In this document: piece after piece, positions 1 to 10,242 of the stretch
How positions within the stretch are numbered: the first letter of the stretch is position 1
How the letters are laid out: each line of letters opens with the position of its first letter
Source: an uncultured Actinomycetota bacterium
Lineage (GTDB): Bacteria > Actinomycetota > Actinomycetes > Propionibacteriales > Nocardioidaceae
Assembly: GCA_963707845.1 (NCBI GenBank)
Contig: CAVPRL010000002.1
Coordinates: 123,532-187,531, forward strand
Direction of reading: 5' to 3'
Length of the DNA stretch: 64,000 bases
The notes under the pieces: model-generated
What the model was told of the DNA's origin: nothing
What the model saw: the letters and a program-made list of their open reading frames with translations, nothing else
Database searches by the model: none
Position numbers and translations under genes: made by a program

Positions 1-149
1 AGCATCTTGATGGTCGTGGTCTTGCCGGCTCCGTTGGGCCCGAGCACGCCGTACACCCCGCCCGTGGGGATCGCCAGGTCGACTCCGTCCACGGCCCGTT
101 GCTCGCCGAAGACCTTGACCAGGCCGTGGGTCTCGATCGCTAGGTCCAT
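1..149 (-). CDS. ABC transporter ATP-binding protein (DrrA-like), 5' part, runs off the window
   Basis: Manual translation from ATG 149: [50 protein letters not shown], with Walker A GPNGAGKT. Confidence 0.85.
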   Translation of the reverse strand, partial: MDLAIETHGLVKVFGEQRAVDGVDLAIPTGGVYGVLGPNGAGKTTTIKM

Positions 150-264
150 GCCAGTCATCGTGGCACCGCGCACCGACAGCGGCCTTCTCGGTGCTCGCTC
201 AGCAGCTCGGGGGTCATGGAGAGTTCGACCGAGCGGGGCGGTCGAACTCATCGGTGCTGCCCGG

Positions 265-900
265 CTACACGCTCGCCGGACCCGTCGGCACCGGTGCCTG
301 CCAGTGCCGCCAGATCGCGACCAGCCGCCAGGCGGTGCAGAAGCCGCCGCCGAGCAGCGCGATCGTCCAGTAGCTGAGGTCGGTGTGCGCGAGCGCGACC
401 ACGACGACCGAGCCCGCGAGCGCCGGAGTGGCGTAGAGCTCGCCGCGGAAGACCGCCGGGACTCGTCCGGCGAGCAGGTCACGCAGCATCCCGCCGCCGA
501 TGCCGGTGACCATCCCCATCAGCGCCGCCGGCGCGACCCCGAGCCCGTAGTCGAGCGCCTTGAGCGAGCCCGTGACGCAGAAGAGCCCGAGCCCGAACGC
601 GTCGAGCACGGTGACCGACCGCTCCATCCGGCCGAGCGCTGGGTGGTAGATGAAGGCCAGCACGCCGGCGAGCACCGGCACCATCAGGTAGCGCCAGTCC
701 TGCAGCGCCGCCGGCGGCGTCGCGCCGATCAGCACGTCGCGCAGGAACCCGCCGCCGAGGCCCGTCGTACCGGCCAGGACGAGGACGCCGAACACATCCA
801 GCCCCTTGCGTACGGCGACCAACGCGCCGGAGATCGCGAACACGAAGATGCCCGCCAGGTCGAGCACGATCTGGGTGGTGGAGGGGTCGGTGGTGGCCAC
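265..900 (-). CDS. Trimeric intracellular cation channel (TRIC/UPF0126) family membrane protein
   Basis: Internal repeat motifs FAISGA...GGGFLRD and [11 protein letters not shown]; about 7 TM segments. Confidence 0.88.
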   Translation of the reverse strand: MATTDPSTTQIVLDLAGIFVFAISGALVAVRKGLDVFGVLVLAGTTGLGGGFLRDVLIGATPPAALQDWRYLMVPVLAGVLAFIYHPALGRMERSVTVLDAFGLGLFCVTGSLKALDYGLGVAPAALMGMVTGIGGGMLRDLLAGRVPAVFRGELYATPALAGSVVVVALAHTDLSYWTIALLGGGFCTAWRLVAIWRHWQAPVPTGPASV

Positions 901-1029
901 GGTCGGACGTTAGTACGTCGGATGGGTGCTGTGGCCGCCGAGATGGTGCCGGTGTGACTGGAGTGACCCGGGGACGCGCGGGTGTGCTCCGCTGCCGACG
1001 CCCTCCGCTGGCGTAGGCTCGGCGCACCG

Positions 1030-2025
1030 ATGACCGCACCCATCCAGCACCAGATGCTCCCGTCCGACCCAGGGACGGGAGCCCAACCTGCCCTGGCGTA
1101 CCTCAGGCTGGTCGGCGTCACCGAGGACGGCAAGCAGCTGCGCCTCGTGGACGAGGAGGGTGCGGAGCACGTGCTCGCGGTGGACGAACGTCTGCGAGCA
1201 GCAGTGGCACCGAGCACACCCCCGACCAGCCGAGGAATGGAGAAGACGATGGAGAGCACCCTCCGCCCTCGAGACATCCAGGCCCGGATCCGTTCCGGCG
1301 AGACGCCCGAGGCGGTCGCGCAGGCGGCCCAGACGTCGGTCGACAAGATCATGGCGTTCGCCGCGCCGGTGCTCGCCGAGCGCCAGCACGTCGCGGAGCG
1401 CGCGCAGCGTTCGTCGGTACGCCGCAGCGACGCCGGCCAGGCGACGGGCGCGCGCACCCTCGGTGACGCCGTCGCGGCCCAGCTGCGCTCCCACAACATC
1501 GACCCGCAGACCGTCGAGTGGGACGCGTGGCGTCGCGAGGACGGCCGCTGGTCGCTCATCGCCGGCTACGACACCCCCGAGCGGTCGGGTGCCGCCGAGC
1601 TCACCTTCGACGCCCCCGGCAACTACGTCACGCTCGACAACGAGGACGCCCGCTGGCTGGTCGGCATCGCCATCCCGGTCGCCGACGCGCCCGCGGCCCG
1701 CCCCGACGACCTGCAGGCCGCGCGCGAGCGCCGCCTCGGCTCGGTGGACGAGACGGCGTACGACGCCCAGCTGCCGCTGGGTGACGCGCTGGGCGACGAC
1801 GCCATCGACCTGGTCACCGAGCAGCCGATGGAGGCGTTCCTCGACACCGAGCCGCCGACCGACGAGCAGGTCGTCGAGCAGGAGGCCGAGCTGCGCGAGG
1901 AGGCCGCCGACGCAGCGGCCGAGGAGCCCGAGCCCGAGCAGGTCCGCAAGCCCGCCAAGAAGCGCGGCCGCGCCTCCGTCCCGAGCTGGGACGAGATCAT
2001 GTTCGGCGGCGGCGACAAGGTCTGA
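1030..2025 (+). CDS. sepH: Septation protein SepH (DUF3071)
   Basis: LRPRDIQARIRSG HTH region, WDAWRREDGRW, C-terminal RASVPSWDEIMFG; start uncertain. Confidence 0.88.
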   Translation: MTAPIQHQMLPSDPGTGAQPALAYLRLVGVTEDGKQLRLVDEEGAEHVLAVDERLRAAVAPSTPPTSRGMEKTMESTLRPRDIQARIRSGETPEAVAQAAQTSVDKIMAFAAPVLAERQHVAERAQRSSVRRSDAGQATGARTLGDAVAAQLRSHNIDPQTVEWDAWRREDGRWSLIAGYDTPERSGAAELTFDAPGNYVTLDNEDARWLVGIAIPVADAPAARPDDLQAARERRLGSVDETAYDAQLPLGDALGDDAIDLVTEQPMEAFLDTEPPTDEQVVEQEAELREEAADAAAEEPEPEQVRKPAKKRGRASVPSWDEIMFGGGDKV

Positions 2026-2853
2026 TCAGCCCGTGGCCACCGGTCGCGACGGGTCCGTGATCCAGCCCGACCAGCTGCCCGGATAGAGCGCCGCCCGGAT
2101 CCCGGCGACCTCCAGCGCGAGCACGTCGTGGGCAGCGGTGACGCCGGACCCGCAGTAGACAGCCACACTGATGTCCGATCCGTCGGGGGCAGACCCGTCG
2201 ACCCCCGCCGCGGCGTACAACGCCCGGAGCTCGGTGGCAGAGCGGAACCGACCGTCGGCAGCGAGGTTGGTCGTCGTCGGCACGTTGACCGCGCCCGGGA
2301 CGTGCCCGGCGACCGGGTCGATCGGCTCGGTCTCCCCGCGGTAGCGCTCCGGCGCCCGGGCATCGACCAGCACGGGTACGCCGAGCAGGTCGTCGGCCTC
2401 CACCACCGGCATCGTCCCCGGACGAGCCGTGAAGTCGCCGCGGCCAGGCAGCACCGTGCCGGTGTGCACGGCTCCCCCGGCGGCGAGCCAGCCCGCCCAC
2501 GCGCCGTCGAGCACCCGCACGTCGCTGTGCCCGTGATGACGCAGCAGCCACCACGCCCGCCCGGCCGCGAGGCCGGACCAGTCGTCGTACACGACGACGG
2601 TGCGGTCGTCGCGTACGCCGGCCCGGCGCATCGCCGCCTCGAAGTCCGCCATCGCCGGCAGCGGGTGCCGGCCGCCGTCACCTGGCGGAGCCGCCAGGTC
2701 GGCATCGAGGTCGACGTACGACGCCCGCGGGATGTGGCCGCGCTCGTACTCGCCCCGGCCTCCCGGCCCACCCATCCGGTAGCGCACGTCGAGCACGGTC
2801 ACCTCCCCGATCCGTTCGTGCAGCTCGGCGGCGGAGATCAGTGGCGAGACCAT
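2026..2853 (-). CDS. Tandem-rhodanese sulfurtransferase (SseA-like)
   Basis: GHIPRA, GRHPLP, active-site YCGSGVTA, YPGSWSGW. Confidence 0.92.
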   Translation of the reverse strand: MVSPLISAAELHERIGEVTVLDVRYRMGGPGGRGEYERGHIPRASYVDLDADLAAPPGDGGRHPLPAMADFEAAMRRAGVRDDRTVVVYDDWSGLAAGRAWWLLRHHGHSDVRVLDGAWAGWLAAGGAVHTGTVLPGRGDFTARPGTMPVVEADDLLGVPVLVDARAPERYRGETEPIDPVAGHVPGAVNVPTTTNLAADGRFRSATELRALYAAAGVDGSAPDGSDISVAVYCGSGVTAAHDVLALEVAGIRAALYPGSWSGWITDPSRPVATG

Positions 2854-2963
2854 GCGCCCATGATGCCAAGGCCGTCAGCCTGACCCCGAGCCGCTGCCCT
2901 TCGGGCGGTCTCGCGAGGGTTTCCCCGCTACCGACGGACACGTGCCGCTCCTAGCGTCGGAGC

Positions 2964-4169
2964 GTGTTGATCCCACGCGTCTCGGGTGCCCTGACCGCCG
3001 TCGCCATCGCCGTAGCCGGACTGGTGGCCCTGCCACCTCCAGCCCAGGCCGACGGACCTGGATCCGGTACGCCGTGGGTGGTCACGCTCGGGGACTCCTA
3101 CATCAGCGGCGAGGCCGGCCGCTGGGCCGGCAGCAGCAACGACGACAGCGCCCGCGCCGACGCGCTCGGCCCGTCGGCGTACCACGACGCCGGCGACCAC
3201 GAGGCCATCGAGCGCTGCCACCGCAGCAAGTCCGCCGAGGCGTACGTCGGAGGCGGGGTCAACGGGCTCAACCTGGCCTGCTCCGGGGCCGAGACCGCCA
3301 CGACCAACGGCGACAACTTCAAGCCCGGCCTGGACTTCTACGACGACGGCGCCGGGCACCAGGGGCAGGCCGCGATGCTCCAGCAGTTCGCGGGCAGCCA
3401 CCACGTCGGCATGGTCGTGGTGAGCATCGGCGGCAACGACTTCAACTTCGCCGATGTCGTGCAGTCCTGCGTGGTCGACTTCCTGACCTCCCCGACCTGG
3501 GCCAAGGACTACTGCCGCGACGACGGCTCGGTCACCGCCAACTTCACGCCCGCCAACGTCGCCGCCGTACGGGCCCGGGTCGCCGGCGCCTTCCGGAACG
3601 TCGCCACGGCGATGCGCAACGCCGGGTACGCCGACGCCCAGTGGACGCTGCTGGTGCAGACCTACCCGAGCCCGATCCCGCGCGGCGACGCGATCCGCTA
3701 CTCCCAGAGCGGCTACTCGCGCCAGTTCACCGGCGGCTGCGGCTTCTGGAACGCCGACGCCGACTGGGCCAACGACACCGCTCTCCCCACGATCAACGGC
3801 GCCGTCACGGGGGCGGTCGCCGACTCGGGCCTGAGCAACGTCCGCACCCTCGACCTGGCCTCGGCGTTCAACGGCCGCCGGCTCTGTGAGAAGACCGTCG
3901 GCCTCTACGAGGAGAAGGGCATTGCCAACTGGCTCACCCCCGGCGCCGTCGACCAGACCGAGTGGGTCAACCAGATCCGCACGGTCAGCACCTGCTGCGC
4001 GGACAGCCCCTACTACATCCAAGAGTCGATCCACCCGAACTACTGGGGCCAGCTCGCCACCCGCAGCTGCGTACGCCGGGCCTGGAACGGCGGCAGCCCG
4101 CGCGGCGGCCGGTGCACGATCGCCGGCAACGGTCTCACCAACGGCGAGCCGCTGATGCGCCTCGACTGA
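2964..4169 (+). CDS. Secreted SGNH/GDSL hydrolase
   Basis: Signal peptide ending AQA; GDSY block I, GGND block III, ESIHPN block V. Confidence 0.82.
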   Translation: MLIPRVSGALTAVAIAVAGLVALPPPAQADGPGSGTPWVVTLGDSYISGEAGRWAGSSNDDSARADALGPSAYHDAGDHEAIERCHRSKSAEAYVGGGVNGLNLACSGAETATTNGDNFKPGLDFYDDGAGHQGQAAMLQQFAGSHHVGMVVVSIGGNDFNFADVVQSCVVDFLTSPTWAKDYCRDDGSVTANFTPANVAAVRARVAGAFRNVATAMRNAGYADAQWTLLVQTYPSPIPRGDAIRYSQSGYSRQFTGGCGFWNADADWANDTALPTINGAVTGAVADSGLSNVRTLDLASAFNGRRLCEKTVGLYEEKGIANWLTPGAVDQTEWVNQIRTVSTCCADSPYYIQESIHPNYWGQLATRSCVRRAWNGGSPRGGRCTIAGNGLTNGEPLMRLD

Positions 4170-4173
4170 CAAC

Positions 4174-5565
4174 CTATTGCGAAGGGATGGACGCCGGTTG
4201 TGGCGTGGTCGTACCTGCTTCGACCAAGACGCTCCGCGCCTGTCGGTCGACGAACGTCGTGAACAGCTGCTGCGAGTACCCGAGCAGGATGGAGTACGCC
4301 ACGATCTGAGCCGAGGTATCCAAGGCACTCAGACCGGGCACAAAGCCGGCTCGAATCAGCAGGAGCCCCAGCACAGCAGTAAAGGCTCCGGACGGAAGCT
4401 TCAAGAACGCCAGCGCCACGGGCAGGCTGAAGGGATCACTGCTTCCTCTGATCGTGCGCAGTCCCGCAGCCGCCGCGAGTGTCGCTCCCAGAACCCCGAT
4501 GAGAGCTACGACGGAGATGTCCCAACGACCCGCCGCTTCACGTTCGGCCTCCGAGATCTCCACCTGGGTGTCGTCGTCGCTGGTCAGCTCGGCTTCGTCG
4601 GTTGGGCAGACGACTATCTGGTTGTCCGGCACGAAGCACATGGGGAGTGTCTGCGGGCTGATCCAGCCCATAATCGCGAGCCCGATGACCATCACGGTGA
4701 TCGCGAGCGCGACGCCGACAATCACATTGCGAAAGCTCCTGACCCGCGACTGCTCCGTCTGACGATTCGTGTTGACACTCTTCTGGGTCTGGATGATCAA
4801 CGATCGGTCGAAGGGGCTGAACTCGCCGTCATCCTTCGGAGGATCCTCACCGGCGTCCGGTGGGTCGCTCGGCTGTTCCGGGGACTCGCCTGGACCTTCC
4901 CCGGCCGTGCACAAGCTTCTGTGGACGGCCATCGGGGGCTCGTCGATAAGTTCTTGGAGCCTCACGACCCGGTGATCGCTCTTGTCGAAGTACTTGAGGG
5001 CTTCGCTTCTGATGTCCGGGAGCCGAGCTTGAAGGTAGTCGGCCGGAGACAGCCGAAGGAGATTGATATCGGCGGCTTGAAGATATTGATGCGCCGCTTG
5101 AATATGGGCGCCGGTGATTGCGCCACGCGGATGAGCCCGACCGTCAGCGATCGCTTGCGCCTCGTTGAGCAATTCGTCCGCGGCGTCAACGTACGCTTGC
5201 CGGGTCTCCGATTCGATATCATGGCGACCGCTCTTGGGGTTCATCAGCCAGGTGAGCTGCGTTCGCGCATCATCGACCTCGACCATCACCTGTGCTCGCC
5301 AGGTCGAGTTCCTCAGTCGCCGATACGCCGCAGGGCTGTGCGGCCCCGCGTAGCTTCCTCCGGGCGACTGCCCCTGATCCACCACTCTCGCCTCACTTCC
5401 TGCGAAAAGGCCGAGCACGCCAGCCTTCTCGTCACGCTCGGCAACGAGATCAACGCTCGATCGGCAAATTCGTGTCGGACGCCGTGCTGCCGGCGTGCAA
5501 TCCCGACGGTCTTCGCCTTGTTGACTATCAACATTATCGCTGGCGTCCTGGAATGGAATAGGCAA
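4174..5565 (-). CDS. Hypothetical membrane protein (helical N-terminal region plus about 4 C-terminal TM helices); true start probably downstream of 5565
   Basis: 463-aa ORF with hydrophobic C-terminal segments; codon usage less GC-biased than its neighbours. Confidence 0.65.
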   Translation of the reverse strand: MPIPFQDASDNVDSQQGEDRRDCTPAARRPTRICRSSVDLVAERDEKAGVLGLFAGSEARVVDQGQSPGGSYAGPHSPAAYRRLRNSTWRAQVMVEVDDARTQLTWLMNPKSGRHDIESETRQAYVDAADELLNEAQAIADGRAHPRGAITGAHIQAAHQYLQAADINLLRLSPADYLQARLPDIRSEALKYFDKSDHRVVRLQELIDEPPMAVHRSLCTAGEGPGESPEQPSDPPDAGEDPPKDDGEFSPFDRSLIIQTQKSVNTNRQTEQSRVRSFRNVIVGVALAITVMVIGLAIMGWISPQTLPMCFVPDNQIVVCPTDEAELTSDDDTQVEISEAEREAAGRWDISVVALIGVLGATLAAAAGLRTIRGSSDPFSLPVALAFLKLPSGAFTAVLGLLLIRAGFVPGLSALDTSAQIVAYSILLGYSQQLFTTFVDRQARSVLVEAGTTTPQPASIPSQ

Positions 5566-5730
5566 AACGGATCATCCGGACGTTATGGCGCGGAGGGCCA
5601 AGCCCTTTGCCCAGGAGGGTCGTCCGCCGCAGCCACCCGGGCCCGCCACCCCACCTCGGAAATGCGACCTTTCTCGTCCGATTCCCGGCGAGATCGGCCC
5701 GCCGGCACGAACGGCACTCGGCTGACCGGC

Positions 5731-6849
5731 TCAGCTGATCAGCAGCGGGATCATCATCTCGTCGGGGGTCAACGAGCCGTGCAGGCCGACCAGGGTTGCC
5801 TCGTACGGGAAGTCGGTGGTCGAGAGGATCGCGGTCTCGCCCTGACAGGCGACGACGACGTCGCCGAGGCGGGGCAGTACGCCGGGCAGGACCGGGCCGA
5901 ACCAGCCCCGCGCGATCGCGTCGTGCCGGGCGAGCACCAGGGCCCGGTCGCCGAGGACGCTGCTCCAGGTCGCGACGACGTCGTCGACAGCGCCGCGCTG
6001 GCAGTAGAGGTGCCGGAACCGTGCCTCGCCGCCGAGCAGGGCGACGCCGTCGCGCAGCTCGGTGCGGTCGTCGACGTCGATCCGGCTCGCGGGGGCGGAG
6101 TCGACCATGCCGTGGTCGGCGACGACGAGCAGGCGGACGTTGGTCGGCAGCGCCTCGCGCAGCTGCTCGGCCTCCGCGTCGACCATCGAGAGCTGCTGCA
6201 GCCACGGGCTCGAGGCGACGCCGTACCGATGGCCGGTCCAGTCGAGGTCGCCGTCGTAGAGGTAGGTCAGTGAGGCCCGCTCGACCGACGCCGCGACCGC
6301 GGCGGCGATCCGCTCGCCGACCCGGTCGGCCCCGACGTACTCGGCGCCGCGGTGCGCCGCAACCGTCAGCCCACTGCCGCGGAACTCCCGCTTGTTGACC
6401 ACCGTGACAGTGGCGCCCAGGCGCCGGAGCCTGGCGAACGCGGTGTCGTGCGGCTGCCACTCCAGCGGGTCGACGTCCTTGTCCCACATCAGTGCGTTGA
6501 GCAGCTTGTCGGTGCCGGGCACGCGTGAGGTGAAGCCGACGAGGCCGTGCGAGCCCGGCGGCAGGCCGGTGCCGAAGGACGTCAGGCTGGTCGCGGTCGT
6601 GGACGGTACGCCGGCGGTGCCGGTCGGGTTGTGCTCCAGCAGCGTCGAGAGGAACGGCGCCGCGTGGGCGTAGCGCTCCAGCAGCCGGGCGCCGAGCCCG
6701 TCCACCAGGAAGACCACGTACGCCGGGGCATCGGGCAGCGTCAGGCCGGACGGCGGGTCACCGAGAGGTACGCCGAGGGCGGCCGCGACGGCGGGGACCA
6801 CGTCGCCCAGCGAGCGCTCGCCGTACGCCGGCTCGAGGAAGTCCTGCAC
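5731..6849 (-). CDS. Alkaline phosphatase superfamily / nucleotide pyrophosphatase-phosphodiesterase
   Basis: VDGLG, PSTTATSLTS, DLDWTGH, ADHGM, GLHGS motifs; GTG start chosen just after the DUF5998 stop. Confidence 0.88.
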   Translation of the reverse strand: MQDFLEPAYGERSLGDVVPAVAAALGVPLGDPPSGLTLPDAPAYVVFLVDGLGARLLERYAHAAPFLSTLLEHNPTGTAGVPSTTATSLTSFGTGLPPGSHGLVGFTSRVPGTDKLLNALMWDKDVDPLEWQPHDTAFARLRRLGATVTVVNKREFRGSGLTVAAHRGAEYVGADRVGERIAAAVAASVERASLTYLYDGDLDWTGHRYGVASSPWLQQLSMVDAEAEQLREALPTNVRLLVVADHGMVDSAPASRIDVDDRTELRDGVALLGGEARFRHLYCQRGAVDDVVATWSSVLGDRALVLARHDAIARGWFGPVLPGVLPRLGDVVVACQGETAILSTTDFPYEATLVGLHGSLTPDEMMIPLLIS

Positions 6850-6860
6850 GCCGGCGTCGA

Positions 6861-7451
6861 TCAGTGCGCGTGGGTGCGCGCGGACAGCGACTCGGCGAAG
6901 GTCAGCAGCCCGTCGACGGCATCGGTGCCGTCGGCCGCGGCGGAGACCCGCAGCGAGAAGTCGTCGGACGCTAGCACCCCGGTGTAGCCGTGGTCGGCGT
7001 CGCACTGCGGGTCGTTGCACCCGGCCGGTTCGAGGTCGAGCCGGCTCACACCGCCCCACCCGATCGTCATCACGGCCTCGGCCGGCGGCTGCGGACCGGA
7101 GGTCGGGTTGGCGACCATCCGGGTCACCACCACCGAGCGCACCGAGCTCAGCCGGATCGCCTCGGTCGAGGTGGACGTGTAGGGCTCCGGCAGCAGGTCG
7201 TCGCCGTCGTGCTCGTCGGTGTGCGCCAGGATCAGCCGGCTCGGGGTCAGGACGGCCACGGACAGGTGGCGCCGGACCTCGTCCCGGTCGAACGTCGGCT
7301 CGTGGTGCACGAAGAAGGAGACGACCTCCTCGCCCGCGACGGCACTGTCGACGCCTTCGGCGACGACGTCCGGGTAGTAGCCCGTCCGGTCGATGGCGTC
7401 CCTGAGCTCGGCGGCGCGGTCGCGACCGTCGGTGATCCTGGTGCTGCGCAT
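6861..7451 (-). CDS. DUF5998 family protein
   Basis: GYYP, HHEPTFD, LDLEPAGCNDPQCDADHGYTG; recalled conserved context between Pat and the phosphodiesterase. Confidence 0.82.
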   Translation of the reverse strand: MRSTRITDGRDRAAELRDAIDRTGYYPDVVAEGVDSAVAGEEVVSFFVHHEPTFDRDEVRRHLSVAVLTPSRLILAHTDEHDGDDLLPEPYTSTSTEAIRLSSVRSVVVTRMVANPTSGPQPPAEAVMTIGWGGVSRLDLEPAGCNDPQCDADHGYTGVLASDDFSLRVSAAADGTDAVDGLLTFAESLSARTHAH

Positions 7452-7476
7452 GTGCGAAGTGTGTCACGCATGACCG

Positions 7477-10164
7477 TCAGGACGGCAGCGTGTCCCCAGC
7501 GGGCTGCGACAAGCGGCGTACGAACCAGTCCGAGCGCGGGTCGACGACCGGGTCCACCCGTGCCGACGCGGTCAGCACGGTCGCCCCGTCGGCACCGGCG
7601 AGCACCAGCGACAGCTCGAGGGCGCTGACCTGAGGCACGTCGTTCTGGAGCTGGGAGACCCGTTGGATCAGGCGCTCCACCTCGGCCACGTCGACCGCCT
7701 CGCTGCCGCGGTAGCCGAAGAGCATCGGAGCGGACTTGATCTCCCGCACCATCGACGCGGCGTCGCGCGCACCGAGGGGCGGGATCCGGTAGGAGCGGTC
7801 GGCCAGCAGCTCGGTCAGCGGACCGGCGATGCCGAAGGACACCACCGGCCCGAAGAGCGGGTCCTCGATCGAGCGGATCGCGACCGGCACACCGGGGCGG
7901 GCGTTCTTCTGCACCACGAACCCGGCGCGCTCCGGCTCGGCGATCAGCGTGCCGAGCGTGTCCCAGGCGTCCGCCATCTCGTCGGCGTCGTCGATGTTGC
8001 GCCACACGTGGGCCTGGTCCGGCCGCTCCCGCAGGTGCTCGGCGGTCGCCTTGAGGACCACGTCCCACCCCAGCGCCTCCCCCGCCGCGACCGCCTCGTC
8101 GCGACTGGCGACGTAGCGCGTCTGCCACAGTTCGATGTCGTACGCCGCCAACAGCTCGGTCAGCGACTCGAGGTCGAGCTCGGTCCCCTCCGGGTGCTCG
8201 GTGAGGATGCGGGTGACCAGGCCCTTGGCGCCGGCGGCGTCGACCGCCTCGGGGTCCACCGGGTCGCCGTCGGGCGTGCGCAGCCACACGGCGTACTCCA
8301 CGACGCGTGCGAGCGCCCGGACGGCCGCCTCGACGCCGGGGTACGACGGCACCGAGCCGCGGCCCGCGGTCGATCCGGCCACGTCGGGCACGCGCAGCAG
8401 CTCGGGCACGCCCTCGGCACCGAGGAACGAGGACACCAGCGGCTTGTCGGACTGCTCGCCGACGGCCGCCAGCACGTTGGCGACGTCCTCGCCCGACACG
8501 TTGATCGGGGGCACGTAGACCGCGATCACCGAGTCGGTCTCGGGGTCGTCGATGGCCGCGTCGAGGGCGTCCTCGAAGTCCTCGGCACTCGCGTCGGCGC
8601 CCAGCGCGATCGACTTGTTGACGACCAGCCCGACGGCGGCGCCGGCGTCGGCCGCGAGCAGTCCGAGCGCGTCGGAGTTGCCGACGATCGCCACCCGGCG
8701 CCCGCGCGGCAGCGGCTGGTGGGCGACCAGCTGGGCGACGTCGAACATCTCCTCGAGCGTGTCGACCTGGATCACCCCGGCCTGGCGGAACATCGCGTCC
8801 ACGGCGGCCGGCGGCGCCACGATCTTGCGGACGGCGTGGCCCATCGGCACGCCCTGCGTCGTACGCCCCGAGCGCACCGCGATGATCGGCTTGCGCAGCG
8901 AGACCCGGCGCGCGATGCGGGAGAACTTGCGGGGGTTGCCGATCGACTCGAGGTAGAGCAGCACGACCTCGGTGGAGTCGTCCTCCTCCCAGTACTGGAG
9001 GAGGTCGTTGCCTGACACGTCGGCGCGGTTGCCGGCGCTGACGAAGGTCGACAGGCCCAGGCCCCGGTTGTAGACCTTCTCGAGGATCGCGGTGCCGAGA
9101 GCACCGGACTGGCAGAAGAAGCCGGCCCGTCCGCGCGGCGGCATCAGCGGCGAGAGCGAGGCGTTGAGCGAGACCTTGGCGTCGGTGTTGATGATGCCCA
9201 GGCAGTTCGGGCCGATCAGCCGCAGGCCGTACGAGCGCGAGAGCCCGACCAGCTTGCGCTGCTTGACCCGGCCCTCCTCGCCGGTCTCGGCGAAGCCGGC
9301 CGACACGACGATCAGGCCGTGCACGCCCTTGGCCGCGCAGTCCAGCACGACGTCCTGCACGTGCTCGGAGGGCACCGCGACGATGGCCACGTCGACGTCG
9401 TCGGGGATGTCGGTGACCGACTTGTACGTCGGCAGCCCCGACACCGCGTGCGACGTCGGGTTGACGGCGTACACCCGGCCGCTGAAGTCGCCGGTGATCA
9501 GGTTGCGCACCAGTGCCTGGCCGATGGTCTCCTGCCGGCGGCTGGCGCCGATCACGGCGACCGAGCGCGGGTTGAAGAAGCGGTCGATGGAGGCGGACTC
9601 GGCCTTGTGCTCGCGGGCGGACATCAGCCCGATCGCGGTGTCGGTGGGGTCGATCGAGAACTCGAGCTGGAGCACGCCCTCGTCGTACTCGCTGGCCACG
9701 CGGTAGCCGGCGTCGCGGAAGGTCTGGATCATCCGGGTGTTGTCGGGCAGCACCTCGGCCACGAACCGCTCCACGCCGCGCTCGCGGCCCGCCTGGGACA
9801 GGTGCTCCAGCAGCAGCTGCCCGATGCCGCGACCCTGGTGCTGGTCCTCGACCAGGAAGGCGACCTCGGCCTCGCCCGGCTTGATCACGTCGTAGCGGCC
9901 GACGGCGATGATCTGCCCCTGCAGGGTCAGCACCAGGGCGACCCGGTTGACGTTGTCGACGTTGGTGAACCGGTCGACGTCCCGCTCGGAGAGCCGGGGC
10001 ATCGGCGAGAAGAACCGGTAGTACTTCGACTGGTCGGACACCCGGGCGTAGAACTCGACGAAGACCTCGCGGTCCTCGGGGCGGATCGGGCGGATGTGAG
10101 CGGTCCGCCCGTCGCGGAGCAGGACGTCGGCCTCCCAGTGCGTGGGGGCTTCGGTGGCGGTCAC
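7477..10164 (-). CDS. GNAT + acyl-CoA synthetase (NDP-forming)-like protein lysine acetyltransferase (Pat family)
   Basis: N-terminal GNAT (EVAFLVEDQHQGRGIG), CoA-binding (PRSVAVIGAS, GPNCLG) and ATP-grasp (DPLFGPVV) regions. Confidence 0.9.
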   Translation of the reverse strand: MTATEAPTHWEADVLLRDGRTAHIRPIRPEDREVFVEFYARVSDQSKYYRFFSPMPRLSERDVDRFTNVDNVNRVALVLTLQGQIIAVGRYDVIKPGEAEVAFLVEDQHQGRGIGQLLLEHLSQAGRERGVERFVAEVLPDNTRMIQTFRDAGYRVASEYDEGVLQLEFSIDPTDTAIGLMSAREHKAESASIDRFFNPRSVAVIGASRRQETIGQALVRNLITGDFSGRVYAVNPTSHAVSGLPTYKSVTDIPDDVDVAIVAVPSEHVQDVVLDCAAKGVHGLIVVSAGFAETGEEGRVKQRKLVGLSRSYGLRLIGPNCLGIINTDAKVSLNASLSPLMPPRGRAGFFCQSGALGTAILEKVYNRGLGLSTFVSAGNRADVSGNDLLQYWEEDDSTEVVLLYLESIGNPRKFSRIARRVSLRKPIIAVRSGRTTQGVPMGHAVRKIVAPPAAVDAMFRQAGVIQVDTLEEMFDVAQLVAHQPLPRGRRVAIVGNSDALGLLAADAGAAVGLVVNKSIALGADASAEDFEDALDAAIDDPETDSVIAVYVPPINVSGEDVANVLAAVGEQSDKPLVSSFLGAEGVPELLRVPDVAGSTAGRGSVPSYPGVEAAVRALARVVEYAVWLRTPDGDPVDPEAVDAAGAKGLVTRILTEHPEGTELDLESLTELLAAYDIELWQTRYVASRDEAVAAGEALGWDVVLKATAEHLRERPDQAHVWRNIDDADEMADAWDTLGTLIAEPERAGFVVQKNARPGVPVAIRSIEDPLFGPVVSFGIAGPLTELLADRSYRIPPLGARDAASMVREIKSAPMLFGYRGSEAVDVAEVERLIQRVSQLQNDVPQVSALELSLVLAGADGATVLTASARVDPVVDPRSDWFVRRLSQPAGDTLPS

Positions 10165-10242
10165 GCGTGAAATCTAGCGTGGCCAGGTGAACGCGGCGTG
10201 CCCCTGACCGTTATGTCGGCGGCAGTTGAGAGAATCGCCGGC

